Of a stretch of 64,000 nt of DNA, positions 28,219-39,076 are shown one piece after another. Under the pieces are notes generated by a model that saw nothing but the letters and a program-made list of their open reading frames with translations, ran no database searches and had not been told where the DNA came from. Position numbers and translations under genes: made by a program. Numbering within the stretch: the stretch's first letter is position 1; each line of letters starts with the position of its first letter. The stretch is from Gammaproteobacteria bacterium (lineage in GTDB: Bacteria > Pseudomonadota > Gammaproteobacteria > Eutrophobiales > Eutrophobiaceae), in NCBI GenBank assembly GCA_965215365.1, contig CBDCDS010000003.1:1184001-1248000 (forward strand). Reading direction: 5' to 3'.

Positions 28219-28564
28219 CTTGATTAACGCGATCGATAAGTTCGGTGAGGCGGTTGGCGCGGTGCAGGTTATGGTCGAAGCGGAACACCAGTTGCGGCAC
28301 GGCGCGCAACGCCAGACTCTGTCCCAACAGGTGCCGGAAGTGCCGCGCCCGTTCATTCAGCAGGTCTGTCAGGGCTTCCTCGCTGCAGGTGGGTTCAAGG
28401 CAGGTGAAATAGACACTGGCATTTTTGAGGTCGGGGCTGACATCTACGAACGATACCGTGATCAGTCCCGCTTCCCGGAACGAGGTTTCTTTCAGCAGTA
28501 AGCGCGCAATTTCACGTTGCAGCAAGTCCGCAACACGCTGGTTCCGACCGTATTCACGAGGCAT
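28208..28564 (-). CDS. rbfA: Ribosome-binding factor A
   Basis: R.QRVADLLQREIA, VDVSPDL..A.VY, LRAVPQL.F.FD. Confidence 0.96.
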   Translation of the reverse strand: MPREYGRNQRVADLLQREIARLLLKETSFREAGLITVSFVDVSPDLKNASVYFTCLEPTCSEEALTDLLNERARHFRHLLGQSLALRAVPQLVFRFDHNLHRANRLTELIDRVNQGNL

Positions 28565-28568
28565 TTTG

Positions 28569-31160
28569 TCAAACCTTCCGCTCCACTTCGATCCGTTCAA
28601 ATACCTCAATCTGGTCGCCCGACTGGATGTCGTTGTAGTTTTTCACGCCGATACCGCATTCCACGCCGGATTTTACTTCGTTCACGTCATCCTTGAAGCG
28701 GCGCAGGGATTCCAGCTCACCTTCGTAGACGACCACATTGTCGCGCAACACCCGGATCGGGTTGGCCTTGCGCACTAAGCCGCTGGCAACGATACAGCCG
28801 GCGATCTCGCCGAAAGCAGGGGAGCGGAATACCTCCTTGACTTGTGCGACGCCGACGATCTGTTCCCGCACCTCGGGTGACAGCAGGCCGTTGATCGCCG
28901 CTTTCACGTCATCAATCACATCGTAGATCACGCTGTAATAGCGCAGGTCCACGCCTTCTTCATCAACCAGTTTGCGCGCCGCGCCGTCCACTCTTACGTT
29001 GAAACCAATGACCAGGCCACTGGCAGCAAGCGCCAGATTGATGTCGGATTCGGTAATACCGCCCACCCCGGCGCTGATGATGTTGATCGCCACCTCATCA
29101 CCGGACAGTTTCAGCAATGCTTCCGTCAAGGCTTCCGCCGAGCCCTGAACGTCAGCCTTGATAAGGATGTTGATGGACTCGCCGTTGGCGTCGGTGAGGC
29201 GAGTGATGGCGTTCCGGGCCTGTGAGGCCTGTTGTTTGGCGAGCTTGACTTCCCGGTACTTGCCCTGGCGAAACAGCGCGATCTCCCGCGCCTTGCGTTC
29301 GTCCGGCACCACGATCATATCATCACCGGCGTTGGGGGTACCGGACAGGCCCAATACCTCAACCGGGGTGGAGGGGCCGGCGGCGCGCACATCGGCGCCG
29401 TTTTCGTCGTGCATGGCCCGCACCCGGCCAAACTCATGACCGGTGAGTATCACGTCGCCGCGGCGTAATTCACCGTGCTGGACCAGGACGGTAGCGACCG
29501 GCCCTCGGCCCTTGTCCAGTCTTGCTTCGATGACGGCGCCGGAAGCCGGTCCTTCCGCAACCGCCTTGAGTTCCAGAATTTCGGCTTGCAGGGAAATGTT
29601 GTCGAGCAGGCTGTCCACACCCTCTCCGGTTTTTGCAGAGAGGTTGACAAACATGGTGTCGCCACCCCAATCCTCGGGAATAACCGAGAATTTGCCCAGC
29701 GCCTGTCTGACCCGATCGGGCTCGGCTTCGGCTTTATCGATCTTGTTCACGGCTACGATCAACGGCGCCGAACCGGCCTGGGCGTGTTGTATGGCTTCTT
29801 CGGTCTGTGGCATCACGCCATCATCGGCAGCCACAACTAGGATCACAATGTCGGTAACCTTGGCACCGCGCGCCCGCATGGCCGTAAACGCTTCGTGGCC
29901 GGGGGTGTCCAGGAACGTGATGGCGCCGTTTTCCGTGCTCACGCTGTAGGCACCGATGTGCTGGGTAACGCCGCCGGCTTCGCCCGCCGCGACCTTGCTG
30001 CGCCTGATATAGTCCAGCAGCGAGGTTTTGCCGTGATCAACGTGACCCATGATCGTCACCACCGGCGCGCGCACCACGGTTTCGCCGTCACTGCGGCCGG
30101 TCTGCATGATCTCTTCTTCCAGCGCGTTTTCCTTGAGCATCTTAGCCTTGTGGCCCATTTCCTCGGCGACGATGGCGGCGGTTTCCTGGTCTATGGTCTG
30201 GTTGATCGTCACCATGGTGCCCAGGTTCATCATTGCCTTGATGACCTCGGTGCTCTTTATCGACATGCGCTGGGCCAGTTCAGCAACCGTGATGCTTTCC
30301 GGTATCTCTACCTCCCGCACAATCGGCGCGGTGGGTTTTTCAAACCCGTGTTGCACCGGCCGCTTGAGCACCTGCCGTGGTCGTTTTTTCTTGCGTCGCC
30401 GGCCCGACTTGTCGGATGCGACGTGTAATTCTTCGCGCTGGATACGGGCGGGTTTTTCTTTGTCCTTTGCCGGTGGTGGCGGCGCTTCTGGCGCGGCCGG
30501 CGCCGGATCGGGTAATTCCGGGGTAGCGTCAGCGGGTTGCGGCGGTGCTGGCGGCGCGGCGGCCTCAGGCACAGCGGCGGCCTCAGCCATGGCGGCCAGC
30601 TCCGGCTCCACTGCCGGTGGTTCGGCCTCAGCCGCTGGCGGCGCCGCGGCGGATACTGTTGCGGGCACCACCGGCGGCGCCGCGGTGTCAGCGGCTGCCG
30701 GCGGCGCTTCTACAACCGCCGCCGCTGCTTCCTGTTCGGTCTGTACCCGGGCTTGCGTTTCCTCCTCGGCAAGTCGCGTCTGCTGCAACTGTTCTTCCGT
30801 TTCCTGTGCCCGTCGTGCGGCTTCTTCCTCAATAACGCCGCGTTTAATGTAGGTGCGGCGCTTCCTGACTTCCACGCTGACGGTTTTCGAGCGTACCTTG
30901 CTGGGGCGGTTGCCGGTGCCGGTCGCCGGCAGTTTTATCTCGCTGATGGTTTTCCTTCTCAGGGTGATTTTTTCCGGACCGGAGCGGTTTTCCTTGCCGT
31001 GCTTGCGTCGCAGGTAACCCAACAATTCGGTCTTTTCATCATCGGAAATCCGGTCGTCTGCGTTCTTCGCCGGCAGGCCGGCTTCCTGCAGCTGCTCCAG
31101 CAGCCGATCTACCGGTATGCGGATGACCTCGGCATATTGTTTTACCGTGACTTCAGGCAT
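28569..31160 (-). CDS. infB: Translation initiation factor IF-2
   Basis: [17 protein letters not shown]; Pro/Ala-rich linker. Confidence 0.98.
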   Translation of the reverse strand: MPEVTVKQYAEVIRIPVDRLLEQLQEAGLPAKNADDRISDDEKTELLGYLRRKHGKENRSGPEKITLRRKTISEIKLPATGTGNRPSKVRSKTVSVEVRKRRTYIKRGVIEEEAARRAQETEEQLQQTRLAEEETQARVQTEQEAAAAVVEAPPAAADTAAPPVVPATVSAAAPPAAEAEPPAVEPELAAMAEAAAVPEAAAPPAPPQPADATPELPDPAPAAPEAPPPPAKDKEKPARIQREELHVASDKSGRRRKKKRPRQVLKRPVQHGFEKPTAPIVREVEIPESITVAELAQRMSIKSTEVIKAMMNLGTMVTINQTIDQETAAIVAEEMGHKAKMLKENALEEEIMQTGRSDGETVVRAPVVTIMGHVDHGKTSLLDYIRRSKVAAGEAGGVTQHIGAYSVSTENGAITFLDTPGHEAFTAMRARGAKVTDIVILVVAADDGVMPQTEEAIQHAQAGSAPLIVAVNKIDKAEAEPDRVRQALGKFSVIPEDWGGDTMFVNLSAKTGEGVDSLLDNISLQAEILELKAVAEGPASGAVIEARLDKGRGPVATVLVQHGELRRGDVILTGHEFGRVRAMHDENGADVRAAGPSTPVEVLGLSGTPNAGDDMIVVPDERKAREIALFRQGKYREVKLAKQQASQARNAITRLTDANGESINILIKADVQGSAEALTEALLKLSGDEVAINIISAGVGGITESDINLALAASGLVIGFNVRVDGAARKLVDEEGVDLRYYSVIYDVIDDVKAAINGLLSPEVREQIVGVAQVKEVFRSPAFGEIAGCIVASGLVRKANPIRVLRDNVVVYEGELESLRRFKDDVNEVKSGVECGIGVKNYNDIQSGDQIEVFERIEVERKV

Positions 31161-31166
31161 GGTCAG

Positions 31167-32672
31167 CTAGCCGTTGGCCTCCTCTGTGGTAAACCAGGGG
31201 CTGCGCGCAGTCATGATCAGTTCGCCGGCGCGGGCCTTGTCCAGCCCTTCAATGTCCTGCAGTTCATCCAGCGAACTTTCGGCCAGATCTTCCATGGTAA
31301 CCACGCCGCGTCCGGCCAGTTCGTAAGCCAGCGCTTCATCCATGCCTTCCATCGCCAGCAGGTCGGCCGCCGGTTTTACATCCACCAGCTTTTCCTCGTT
31401 GGCAATGGCGCGGGTCAGCATGATATCCCGGGCGCGGTCGCGCAATTCCTTGACCAGCACCTCGTCAAATTCTTCGATATCCTGCATTTCGTTCTCCGGC
31501 ACGTAGGCTATTTCCTCAACACTGGAAAAGCCCTCCTGTACCAGGATTACGGCGATTTCCTCATCCACATCCAGTTCTTCCATGAACATCTGTTGCAGCG
31601 TCTGGGCCTCGGCTTCAGTTTTCTGATCCGCCTGTTCCACGGACATCACGTTCAGTTCCCACCGGGTCAGCTGGCTGGCGAGTTTGACGTTCTGGCCGCC
31701 GCGACCAATGGCCTGGGACAGGTTCTCCTCAGACACCGCGACATCCATGCTGTGGCTGTCCTCATCGACCAGTATCGATACCACCTCCGCCGGTGCCATG
31801 GCGTTGATGACAAATTGTGCGGGGTTCTCGTCCCAGGGGATAATATCGACGCGCTCGCCGCCTAAGGCATTGGATACTGCCTGTACGCGCGAGCCCCTCA
31901 TACCGACGCAAGCCCCGATCGGATCGATCCTGCTGTCGTTGGCTTTAACTGCTATTTTTGCTCTGGAGCCCGGGTCCCGAGCGCCGCCGATGATCTCGAT
32001 CAGGCCTTCGTTGATTTCCGGCACCTCAATCTTGAACAGCTCGATCAGCAACTCCGGCGCAGTGCGGCTGAGTATCAACTGTGGCCCCCTGTGCTCAGGA
32101 TCGATCGCGCGCAGGTAGGCGCGGATCTGATCCCGTGGGCGGATGGCTTCCCTGGGGATCAATTCATCCCGCAGGATAATACCTTCCGCGTTGCCGCCCA
32201 AGTCCATGATGACGTTGCCTCGTTCCACTTTTTTTACAAAACCGATGACCATTTCACCCACCCGGTCAATATAGGCGTCGAACACCTGTTTGCGCTCGGC
32301 CTCGCGCACTTTTTGCATGATGACTTGCTTGGCGCTTTGCGCGGCGATGCGCCCGAACTCCACTGACTTCATCGGTTCTTCGATAAAGTCCCCGACTTGC
32401 AGTTCCTGCTGCTGTTTGCGGGCGTCGGACAGGTAAATCTGGCGCGATGGAAATTCCAGGGGTTCGGCACTGTCTTCGGCCACTTCCCACTGCCGGAAGG
32501 TTTCGTAGTCTCCCGTTTCCTGGTCAATGGCAACGCGCACCTCAATATCCTCGCGCTGGCGCTTTTTCGTGGCACTGGCCAGCGCGGCTTCAATGGCCTC
32601 GAAAATAATTCCCTTGCCAACGCCTTTTTCGTTGGACACCACATCCACAACCATCAGGATTTCTTTATTCAC
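31167..32672 (-). CDS. nusA: Transcription factor NusA
   Basis: MNKEILMVV..VSNEKGV, FGRIAAQ.AKQVI, ARDPGSRAKIAV. Confidence 0.98.
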   Translation of the reverse strand: MNKEILMVVDVVSNEKGVGKGIIFEAIEAALASATKKRQREDIEVRVAIDQETGDYETFRQWEVAEDSAEPLEFPSRQIYLSDARKQQQELQVGDFIEEPMKSVEFGRIAAQSAKQVIMQKVREAERKQVFDAYIDRVGEMVIGFVKKVERGNVIMDLGGNAEGIILRDELIPREAIRPRDQIRAYLRAIDPEHRGPQLILSRTAPELLIELFKIEVPEINEGLIEIIGGARDPGSRAKIAVKANDSRIDPIGACVGMRGSRVQAVSNALGGERVDIIPWDENPAQFVINAMAPAEVVSILVDEDSHSMDVAVSEENLSQAIGRGGQNVKLASQLTRWELNVMSVEQADQKTEAEAQTLQQMFMEELDVDEEIAVILVQEGFSSVEEIAYVPENEMQDIEEFDEVLVKELRDRARDIMLTRAIANEEKLVDVKPAADLLAMEGMDEALAYELAGRGVVTMEDLAESSLDELQDIEGLDKARAGELIMTARSPWFTTEEANG

Positions 32673-32707
32673 TGTAATACCCTAACTCTTAACGCTTGTC
32701 GGTCCGG

Positions 32708-33220
32708 TTACCGGGCACCTCTAAAAATGCCACGAAGGGAATTTTCAGAGGTTACCTGACTGTCATCCGGGCATAGTCTGGCCCGTTCTATGGCGGCCAG
32801 GGGTACATGGAATTCCCGACCGGCTTCGTCCAGGATCACGGTCTGGCCGGTCACCCCCCGGATCTGGCCGGTAATGCGCTTGCGCTGCTCGATGGCCGCC
32901 GATAATCTCACTTTTACCCGCTCCCCGATAAACTGCTCATACTGTGCCCCGGTGAATAACAGCCGCTCCAGACCGGGTGATGAAACTTCCAGCAGGTATT
33001 CCCCTGCGATCGGATCTTCCACATCAAGGATACCGGACAGGTGCCGGCTGACCCGTGTGCAGTCTTCCAGGGTGATGCCTGAGTCACTGTCGATGTAAAC
33101 CCGTAGCAGCGAACCCGGTCCCTGTGGCATAAGTTCAATGCCCCAGCACACATAGCCCAGGTCGGTAATGACAGGCCGCAGCAGCGTATCTAGGGTTAGC
33201 GTTTGTGTGTGTATCCCCAT
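32708..33220 (-). CDS. rimP: Ribosome maturation factor RimP (C-terminus extended by a family-B palindrome)
   Basis: LRVYID..GITLEDC..VSR, LEVSSPGLER; tail VTSENSLRGIFRGAR comes from the repeat. Confidence 0.96.
   Translation of the reverse strand: MGIHTQTLTLDTLLRPVITDLGYVCWGIELMPQGPGSLLRVYIDSDSGITLEDCTRVSRHLSGILDVEDPIAGEYLLEVSSPGLERLLFTGAQYEQFIGERVKVRLSAAIEQRKRITGQIRGVTGQTVILDEAGREFHVPLAAIERARLCPDDSQVTSENSLRGIFRGAR
32713..32756. repeat. Short family-B hairpin inside the rimP 3' end
   Basis: ACCTCTAAAAATGCCACGAAGGGAATTTTCAGAGGT. Confidence 0.8.
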
Positions 33221-33247
33221 GGCGTTGCTTTATGGCGCTGAAAACAA

Positions 33248-33270
33248 AAAGTGGGCATAAAGCCCACTTT
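33248..33270 (-). promoter_or_regulatory. rimP leader hairpin
   Basis: AAAGTGGGC-TTTAT-GCCCACTTT 28 nt upstream of rimP, like the conserved proteobacterial rimP leader. Confidence 0.6.
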
Positions 33271-33313
33271 ATTAAACCTATACCACGAAGCCCGCCACGG
33301 CCGTTGCCAGTAA

Positions 33314-33545
33314 GGCACCTCTAAAAATTAGAGGTGCCTTTGCAGCATAAGGATGTGCTGCCATTTTTAATCACGTCAGTGATTAAAAATGAAGGAAACG
33401 GAATGTCCCACTTTTTCGGGCATTTTTCCGTTTCCGTCTCACAAATCCGCCCGGAGCGCATTTGGACGTCCGCAGGACGCCCGCAGGGGGCGTCCCAAGG
33501 ATGGGACGCATCACAAAATGCCACGGAGGGCATTTTTAGATGGTC
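33314..33545. mobile_element. Family-B MITE with one family-C unit (33441-33512)
   Basis: Backbone as 28069-28218; C unit nearly identical to 9497-9568. Confidence 0.85.
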
Positions 33546-33588
33546 TCTAACAGCCGTCAGGGGGCTCGTTATGGTCTTCCTCAATGTT

Positions 33589-33665
33589 TGGTAGCGGGGG
33601 CAGGATTTGAACCTGCGACCTTCGGGTTATGAGCCCGACGAGCTGCCAAGCTGCTCCACCCCGCA
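33589..33665 (-). tRNA. tRNA-fMet (CAT), initiator
   Basis: 77 nt, GGG-CTCATAA-CCC anticodon arm with three G:C pairs, 1:72 mismatch, encoded CCA; metY-like position upstream of rimP-nusA-infB. Confidence 0.97.
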
Positions 33666-33727
33666 ATCGAATTTCCGAGTATAAAACATGTTAACCCTAT
33701 ATTTCAAGTCCTCACTGCTGTTTTTTT

Positions 33728-33770
33728 GGTGACCTCTAAAAATGCCCTCCGTGGCATTTTTAGAGGCGCC
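33728..33770. repeat. Short family-B hairpin; supplies the stop codon of the TPR lipoprotein gene
   Basis: ACCTCTAAAAATGCCCTCCGTGGCATTTTTAGAGG. Confidence 0.8.
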
Positions 33771-34314
33771 CTTTTGCCTGTGCGATCAGATCGGCATTCG
33801 CCCTGCGTAATGCCGGGTATCTGGCGGCCAGCGAATTTGACTTCTGAGCCAGCGTCACAGCCTGTTGCCACAAGCCTTGCTCGAACTTCAGGGCTGCCAG
33901 ACGGTGCCAGAGCCAAGGGTTTTTCGGCTCCAGTCGCAGCGCCCGCTCGACGGAGCCGGCGGCGGCGTCCGGGTTTCCCTCGCTGACATGCACATCGGTG
34001 TCATCCAGCAACGCCAGCACGGCCGGATTCTCGCTGGGGCGCTGCCCCGCAGCCGGCATCCGGGTTGCGTCAGCGTCAGCGGGAGCGGGTAACTGCACCC
34101 ATTGTTCCTGGTCTTCAGCGGCCAGCGGTTGCCCGGCGGGGAAGTCCGCAGCCGGCGGCTCCCGGTCGGCTGGCTGCGGGGGCGGTGCAACCGGCGCCGG
34201 TACAGCCGTATCCGTGCTCTGCCGGTCCTCCACCGGCGCCTCGCGCACACCAGCGCACGCGCTGAGCAGCAGCGCAGCCAGAGTGAAAACTATTGCCCCG
34301 AGATTCACTGGCAT
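33760..34314 (-). CDS. TPR lipoprotein, LpoP-like PBP1B activator
   Basis: Lipobox LSAC, Pro-rich linker, ERALRLEPKNPWLWHRLA TPR; downstream of mrcB. Confidence 0.75.
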   Translation of the reverse strand: MPVNLGAIVFTLAALLLSACAGVREAPVEDRQSTDTAVPAPVAPPPQPADREPPAADFPAGQPLAAEDQEQWVQLPAPADADATRMPAAGQRPSENPAVLALLDDTDVHVSEGNPDAAAGSVERALRLEPKNPWLWHRLAALKFEQGLWQQAVTLAQKSNSLAARYPALRRANADLIAQAKGRL

Positions 34315-34344
34315 CCGGTAACGGACCAGGTTGGTGTCGCAGGA

Positions 34345-34455
34345 TCAGTCGTCGCTGGTGGTACGATCGCACCGCGCCAGGGTGCGCGCCAACCAAAGCA
34401 TAGCCATACCACCTAGCACCGCAGTGAGCGCGGCAGCAGCAAGAGCTGAATTCAT
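34345..34455 (-). CDS. Small hydrophobic hypothetical protein (36 aa)
   Basis: MNSALAAAALTAVLGGMAMLWLARTL..; GGAG upstream, 1 nt after the preceding stop. Confidence 0.4.
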   Translation of the reverse strand: MNSALAAAALTAVLGGMAMLWLARTLARCDRTTSDD

Positions 34456-34456
34456 A

Positions 34457-34624
34457 TCATTTCTCCAGACATGCGGTTCCGATTAAAGCCAGACTGCCTA
34501 ATGTTATCATCGCGCTGAGCGGCGCCTGATCAACTGCGAGCGCCCCGTTCAGCAGACCCGCAGCCGCTACAATGACGCCAGCTTGACGCAGAGACGCGGC
34601 GAGGTGGTCGTAATTAATACCCAT
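34457..34624 (-). CDS. Small two-TM hypothetical protein (55 aa)
   Basis: MGINYDHLAASLRQAGVIVAAAGLL..MITLGSLALIGTACLEK; TGcTACACT 6 nt upstream. Confidence 0.5.
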   Translation of the reverse strand: MGINYDHLAASLRQAGVIVAAAGLLNGALAVDQAPLSAMITLGSLALIGTACLEK

Positions 34625-34673
34625 CACACCAGTGTAGCATATAACAAGCCAGAGTGGACAAGTTATTCGCCGG

Positions 34674-36872
34674 TCAGCACGCCGGCAGTTCGGGTTTGAA
34701 GCCCAGGATATAGGGCAGGTGCGGGAAGCTGACGCAGGCGCCGGCGAAGGGTAGTCGCGCGCCTTCCAGGGTGCCGACACCCGGTGGCGGCAGCAACTCG
34801 ATGCGGCGCAAGTCCTGGCCCTTTACCATGTTGCCCCAGAGTCTTAACGCGCCGCTGGCGCCGGTCAGTCCGATAGGGTGATTGTCATCGTGGCCAAGCC
34901 AGACCACGCCGGCGACGTCATCGCCAAAACCGGCAAACCAGCTATCGCGTAAATCGTTGCTGGTGCCGGTCTTGCCGGCCAGCGGCAGTCGTTCCGGGAT
35001 GATGCGGCGCAGGTTACGCCCGGTGCCGCGGTTGACTGCCTGCACCATCAGATAGGCGCTCAGGTAAGCGGGTTCTGCGTGCAGTGCACGGCGTACTTCC
35101 AGGCCATAGCGCTGCACCGCCTCGCCGCGCCGGTCCAGCACTTCCCTGATAGTATTTACCGGTGCCAGAAACCCGCCGTTGGCCAGGGTTTGGTAGATCT
35201 GCGCGACCTGCAAGGGGGTGAGTTCCAGCGCCCCCAGCAGCAGCGCCGGGAACGGCTTGATGTCCTTGTCCACGCCGGCTTTGTGCAGCGTGGCAGCCAC
35301 CTGTTCCTCGCCAAGCTGGCGTCCCAGCCTGACCGTTGCCTTATTGTAAGACCGGGCCATGGCTTCCGGCAGACTGACCCGACCGTGATTCCTGCCATCA
35401 AAATTATCCGGGCTCCAGGACGAGCCGTCGGCCATGGTCACGGATACATCGCTGTCGTCCAGCATAGAGGCGAGTGAATAACGTTGGGGCTGGGCCAGAG
35501 CGGTGTAATACACGAATGGTTTCACCAGCGAGCCAATCGGACGTTGCGCCTGCAGCGCCCGGTTGAAACCAACGTATTGCGCATCCCTGCCTCCTGCCAG
35601 CGCCAGCACTGCGCCAGTGCTGGTTTCCACAAAAACGCTCGCAGCCTGTAACGACCCCGGGTGCAGCGCCCCGTTGCGTTCCAGCAACGGCAGTTGTTCA
35701 CGTAATACTTGTTCGATGTGGTCCTGGCGCCGGGTATCCAGGGTGGTGAAGATCCGCAGTCCCTTGCTGCGCAGGTCGCCGGCGGCATAGTCGCGGGACA
35801 ACTGCTGCTTGACCAGTTGCAGAAAAGCCGGGTATTTGCCGGATACCCAGCGCGGCCGGGCACTCAGGTCCAACGGTTGCGCCCGCGCCCGGCGCCACTC
35901 CTGCGCCTCAATGTAGCCCTGTTGATGCATCAGGTCCAATATCAGGTTGCGGCGTTGTTGGGCCCGTTCCACGTGCCGTCTCGGGTTATACCAGGAGGCG
36001 CCCTTCACCATGCCGACCAGCAGCGCCAGTTGATCCAGGCGCAATTCGTCTAACGGTCTGGCAAAATAGAACTCGGCGGCCGCGCCAAAACCATGCACAC
36101 TGCGTTGCCCCTGCTGTCCCAGATAAACCTCGTTCACATAGGCGCCCAGAATATCCTGCTTGCTGTAGCGCCGCTCCAGCAGCAACGCCATGATGGCCTC
36201 ATTCACTTTGCGGGTAATGCTGCGTTCCCGGGTTAAAAAAAAATTCTTGACCAGTTGCTGGGTGATAGTACTGCCGCCTTGCTCCAGTTCCCCCGCCATC
36301 AGGTTATGGAGCGCCGCGCGCAGGATGCTTCTCGGTTCGAGGCCGTAATGGTTGAAGTAGTCGCGGTCTTCCACCGCCAGCAACCCTCGGATAAGTGCCG
36401 CCGGCAGCTCGTGGTAGCCGACCAGAATGCGATCCTCGTAGTTGCCCGGAAAGATTTTGCCAATCAGCTCCGGTTCAATGCGCACCAGCGGGAGTGTCTG
36501 ACCCGCACTCAGGTCCAGGATCTGTGCGATTTCCCGGTTACGCACCTCGAGTCGCAGCCGCCGGCTGTCCCGGATGCCGTCCCAGTAATGGAATTCACGC
36601 CGTATGAACTCAATGCCGGTGCCGGAACGCCGGTAGTCGCCGGCTTGTACTGGCGCGGGTGTTTTGCGGTAACCTGAACCGAGCAGCAGTTGTTCGACCC
36701 GGTCGAGGCTGAGCTGCTGACCCGGATACAACTCAACCGGGTCGGCGTACACGCGCGCCGGCAGCGACCAACGGGCGCCGGTGAATTCCGATTGCACGCG
36801 CTGGTCCAGCCAGAGCACGTAAGCCGCGCTCAGGCTGAGCAGGATGATGACGATATGGATCAGCCTCGACAC
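34674..36872 (-). CDS. mrcB: Penicillin-binding protein 1B
   Basis: UB2H region, AVEDRDY, QGGSTITQQLVKN, SLVK, SYN, KTGT. Confidence 0.95.
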   Translation of the reverse strand: MSRLIHIVIILLSLSAAYVLWLDQRVQSEFTGARWSLPARVYADPVELYPGQQLSLDRVEQLLLGSGYRKTPAPVQAGDYRRSGTGIEFIRREFHYWDGIRDSRRLRLEVRNREIAQILDLSAGQTLPLVRIEPELIGKIFPGNYEDRILVGYHELPAALIRGLLAVEDRDYFNHYGLEPRSILRAALHNLMAGELEQGGSTITQQLVKNFFLTRERSITRKVNEAIMALLLERRYSKQDILGAYVNEVYLGQQGQRSVHGFGAAAEFYFARPLDELRLDQLALLVGMVKGASWYNPRRHVERAQQRRNLILDLMHQQGYIEAQEWRRARAQPLDLSARPRWVSGKYPAFLQLVKQQLSRDYAAGDLRSKGLRIFTTLDTRRQDHIEQVLREQLPLLERNGALHPGSLQAASVFVETSTGAVLALAGGRDAQYVGFNRALQAQRPIGSLVKPFVYYTALAQPQRYSLASMLDDSDVSVTMADGSSWSPDNFDGRNHGRVSLPEAMARSYNKATVRLGRQLGEEQVAATLHKAGVDKDIKPFPALLLGALELTPLQVAQIYQTLANGGFLAPVNTIREVLDRRGEAVQRYGLEVRRALHAEPAYLSAYLMVQAVNRGTGRNLRRIIPERLPLAGKTGTSNDLRDSWFAGFGDDVAGVVWLGHDDNHPIGLTGASGALRLWGNMVKGQDLRRIELLPPPGVGTLEGARLPFAGACVSFPHLPYILGFKPELPAC

Positions 36873-36898
36873 GTTACTTGCGTGCAGCGTAGCTCAAC

Positions 36899-37597
<699 letters not shown>

Positions 37598-37600
37598 TTA

Positions 37601-37840
37601 ACCCGCAGATCTCACCGAGTGATGCGAAGATCGCGCCGGATTGGTTCTGCCTGCGGGTGCCTGCGCCCGAAACCATAGTGGTTCTCTGGTTGAACAAGCA
37701 CGTGCCCGCAGGCAGCACCAAGACCAGCGAGGGCGCATCAAGCGCAGTGGGTTATGCGGAAAGAGCAGCAGTATGATCATAACTTATTGAGAGCAATTAT
37801 GTTTCACAAGGCAACAAGCGACTGGGTGAGATATGCGGGT
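37601..37840 (-). mobile_element. Family-A MITE inserted after codon 7 of the Mth938-like gene
   Basis: 240 bp, TA duplication 37599-37600 / 37841-37842; reverse orientation relative to the 17279 copy. Confidence 0.93.
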
Positions 37841-38192
37841 TAACCCGAGCGAATACAGAATCGACGCCTATACGCCTGATTCGATCAGCGTCGCCGGTAC
37901 GGCTTACACAGACAGCATTATAATCACACCGGCGGCGGTTATAGAAGGCAGATTACCGGAGCGAGCGCCGGCGCTGGTGCCAGCACATGTGCAAGGCTTG
38001 CTTGAGCACAGCCCCGAGGTGGTGTTGTTCGGCAGCGGCAAAACTCTCACTTTCCCCCCGGACGAGGCCTGTGAAATACTCTACCGACACCAAATCGGCT
38101 TTGAGATTATGGACACCGGCGCTGCTTGTCGGGCCTTCAATTTCCTCTCGGGGGAGGGACGCAAAGTGGTGGCGGCGCTGTTTTTAAGGTAA
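37833..38192 (+). CDS. Mth938/DUF498-like protein, now starting at a MITE-derived ATG (original ATG 37579)
   Basis: PEVVLFGSG, IGFEIMDTGAACRAFNFL..EGRKVVAAL. Confidence 0.85.
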   Translation: MRVNPSEYRIDAYTPDSISVAGTAYTDSIIITPAAVIEGRLPERAPALVPAHVQGLLEHSPEVVLFGSGKTLTFPPDEACEILYRHQIGFEIMDTGAACRAFNFLSGEGRKVVAALFLR

Positions 38193-38214
38193 CCTCTAAT
38201 TAATAGAGTTGACC
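38188..38214. repeat. Short family-B hairpin overlapping a stop codon between convergent genes
   Basis: GGTAACCTCTAATTAATAGAGTTGACC. Confidence 0.6.
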
Positions 38215-38255
38215 TTTTGTCACTTTCGGACATGAACTGCGGTATTTGTTGCAGC

Positions 38256-39005
38256 TCAGCGCGGGAGCTGTTTGCGCGGGTCTATCGGCTTGCCGTTCTT
38301 GCGAATTTCAAAGTGCAGCAGGGGCGCGCCTTTGCCGTCAACGCCCATTGTGGCTATCTGTTGTCCGGCTGTTACCGTTTGTCCTTCCTTTACCACCAGA
38401 TCGCGATTGTGCGCATACGCGCTCAGGTAAGTATGATTGTGCTTGATGATGACAAGGTTGCCATAGCCGCGTAACCCGTTGCCGCTGTAAACCACCACTC
38501 CCCCGGCTGCGGCCACGATTTTCTGACCGGCGCGCCCGCCGATGCTGATGCCCTTTTTCGCAATCGGGGTTGCAGACTTGAGCAACCTGCCGCGCACCGG
38601 CCAGCGCCAGCGCGGCGTGCCGGTGCCGGTTGTGGCCTTGGGCGGGCTGGCCCTGGGTTGCGGTTTGCGCCCGGCCTGGGGCTGCTGCCGGGCGGTTGTA
38701 GCCGCGGCGCCTTGTTGCCGTGAGGGTTGGAAGCGGATGACCTGCCCCGGATAGATGGTAAACGGCGCCTTGATCCGGTTCCAGGCCGCCAGGGTTTTAT
38801 GATCGTAGCCATAACGCCAGGCAATCGAGTACAAGGTGTCGCCTTTCACGACCGTATGTTGCGTGTGCTTGCCGCGCGCTGAAGACCTGCCGGCCGCGTC
38901 CGGCTTGCTGGCCTGGGAGGAAGAGACTGGCGCTTTCACCACGGCGCAAGAGGCCAGCCCGCCCAGTAGCAACAACAGCAGGCACAGGAGGCCAAATCTC
39001 AACAT
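38256..39005 (-). CDS. nlpD: LysM/M23 lipoprotein NlpD
   Basis: Lipobox LASC, LysM (VVKGDTLYSIA), GYGNLVIIKH, YAHN, LHFEIR; downstream of surE-pcm. Confidence 0.88.
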   Translation of the reverse strand: MLRFGLLCLLLLLLGGLASCAVVKAPVSSSQASKPDAAGRSSARGKHTQHTVVKGDTLYSIAWRYGYDHKTLAAWNRIKAPFTIYPGQVIRFQPSRQQGAAATTARQQPQAGRKPQPRASPPKATTGTGTPRWRWPVRGRLLKSATPIAKKGISIGGRAGQKIVAAAGGVVVYSGNGLRGYGNLVIIKHNHTYLSAYAHNRDLVVKEGQTVTAGQQIATMGVDGKGAPLLHFEIRKNGKPIDPRKQLPR

Positions 39006-39018
39006 AAGGCCACCTCTA

Positions 39019-39076
39019 ACCCGCAGGCAGAACCCATCCGGCGCGATCTTCGCATCACTTGGTGAGATCTGCAGGT
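39019..39076 (+). mobile_element. 58-bp mini-derivative of the family-A MITE flanked by TA
   Basis: Matches the last ~58 nt of the 17279 copy; TA at 39017-18 and 39077-78; sits on the pcm stop codon. Confidence 0.75.

Noticed and set aside
30537-31865. Long antisense ORFs (also 41465-42418, 25038-25826, 60662-61522 and similar)
   Set aside because: Shadows of GC-rich housekeeping genes with no recognisable motifs
33589-33665. tRNA as an integration site for an island
   Set aside because: No duplicated tRNA 3' end or integrase; only a MITE lies downstream
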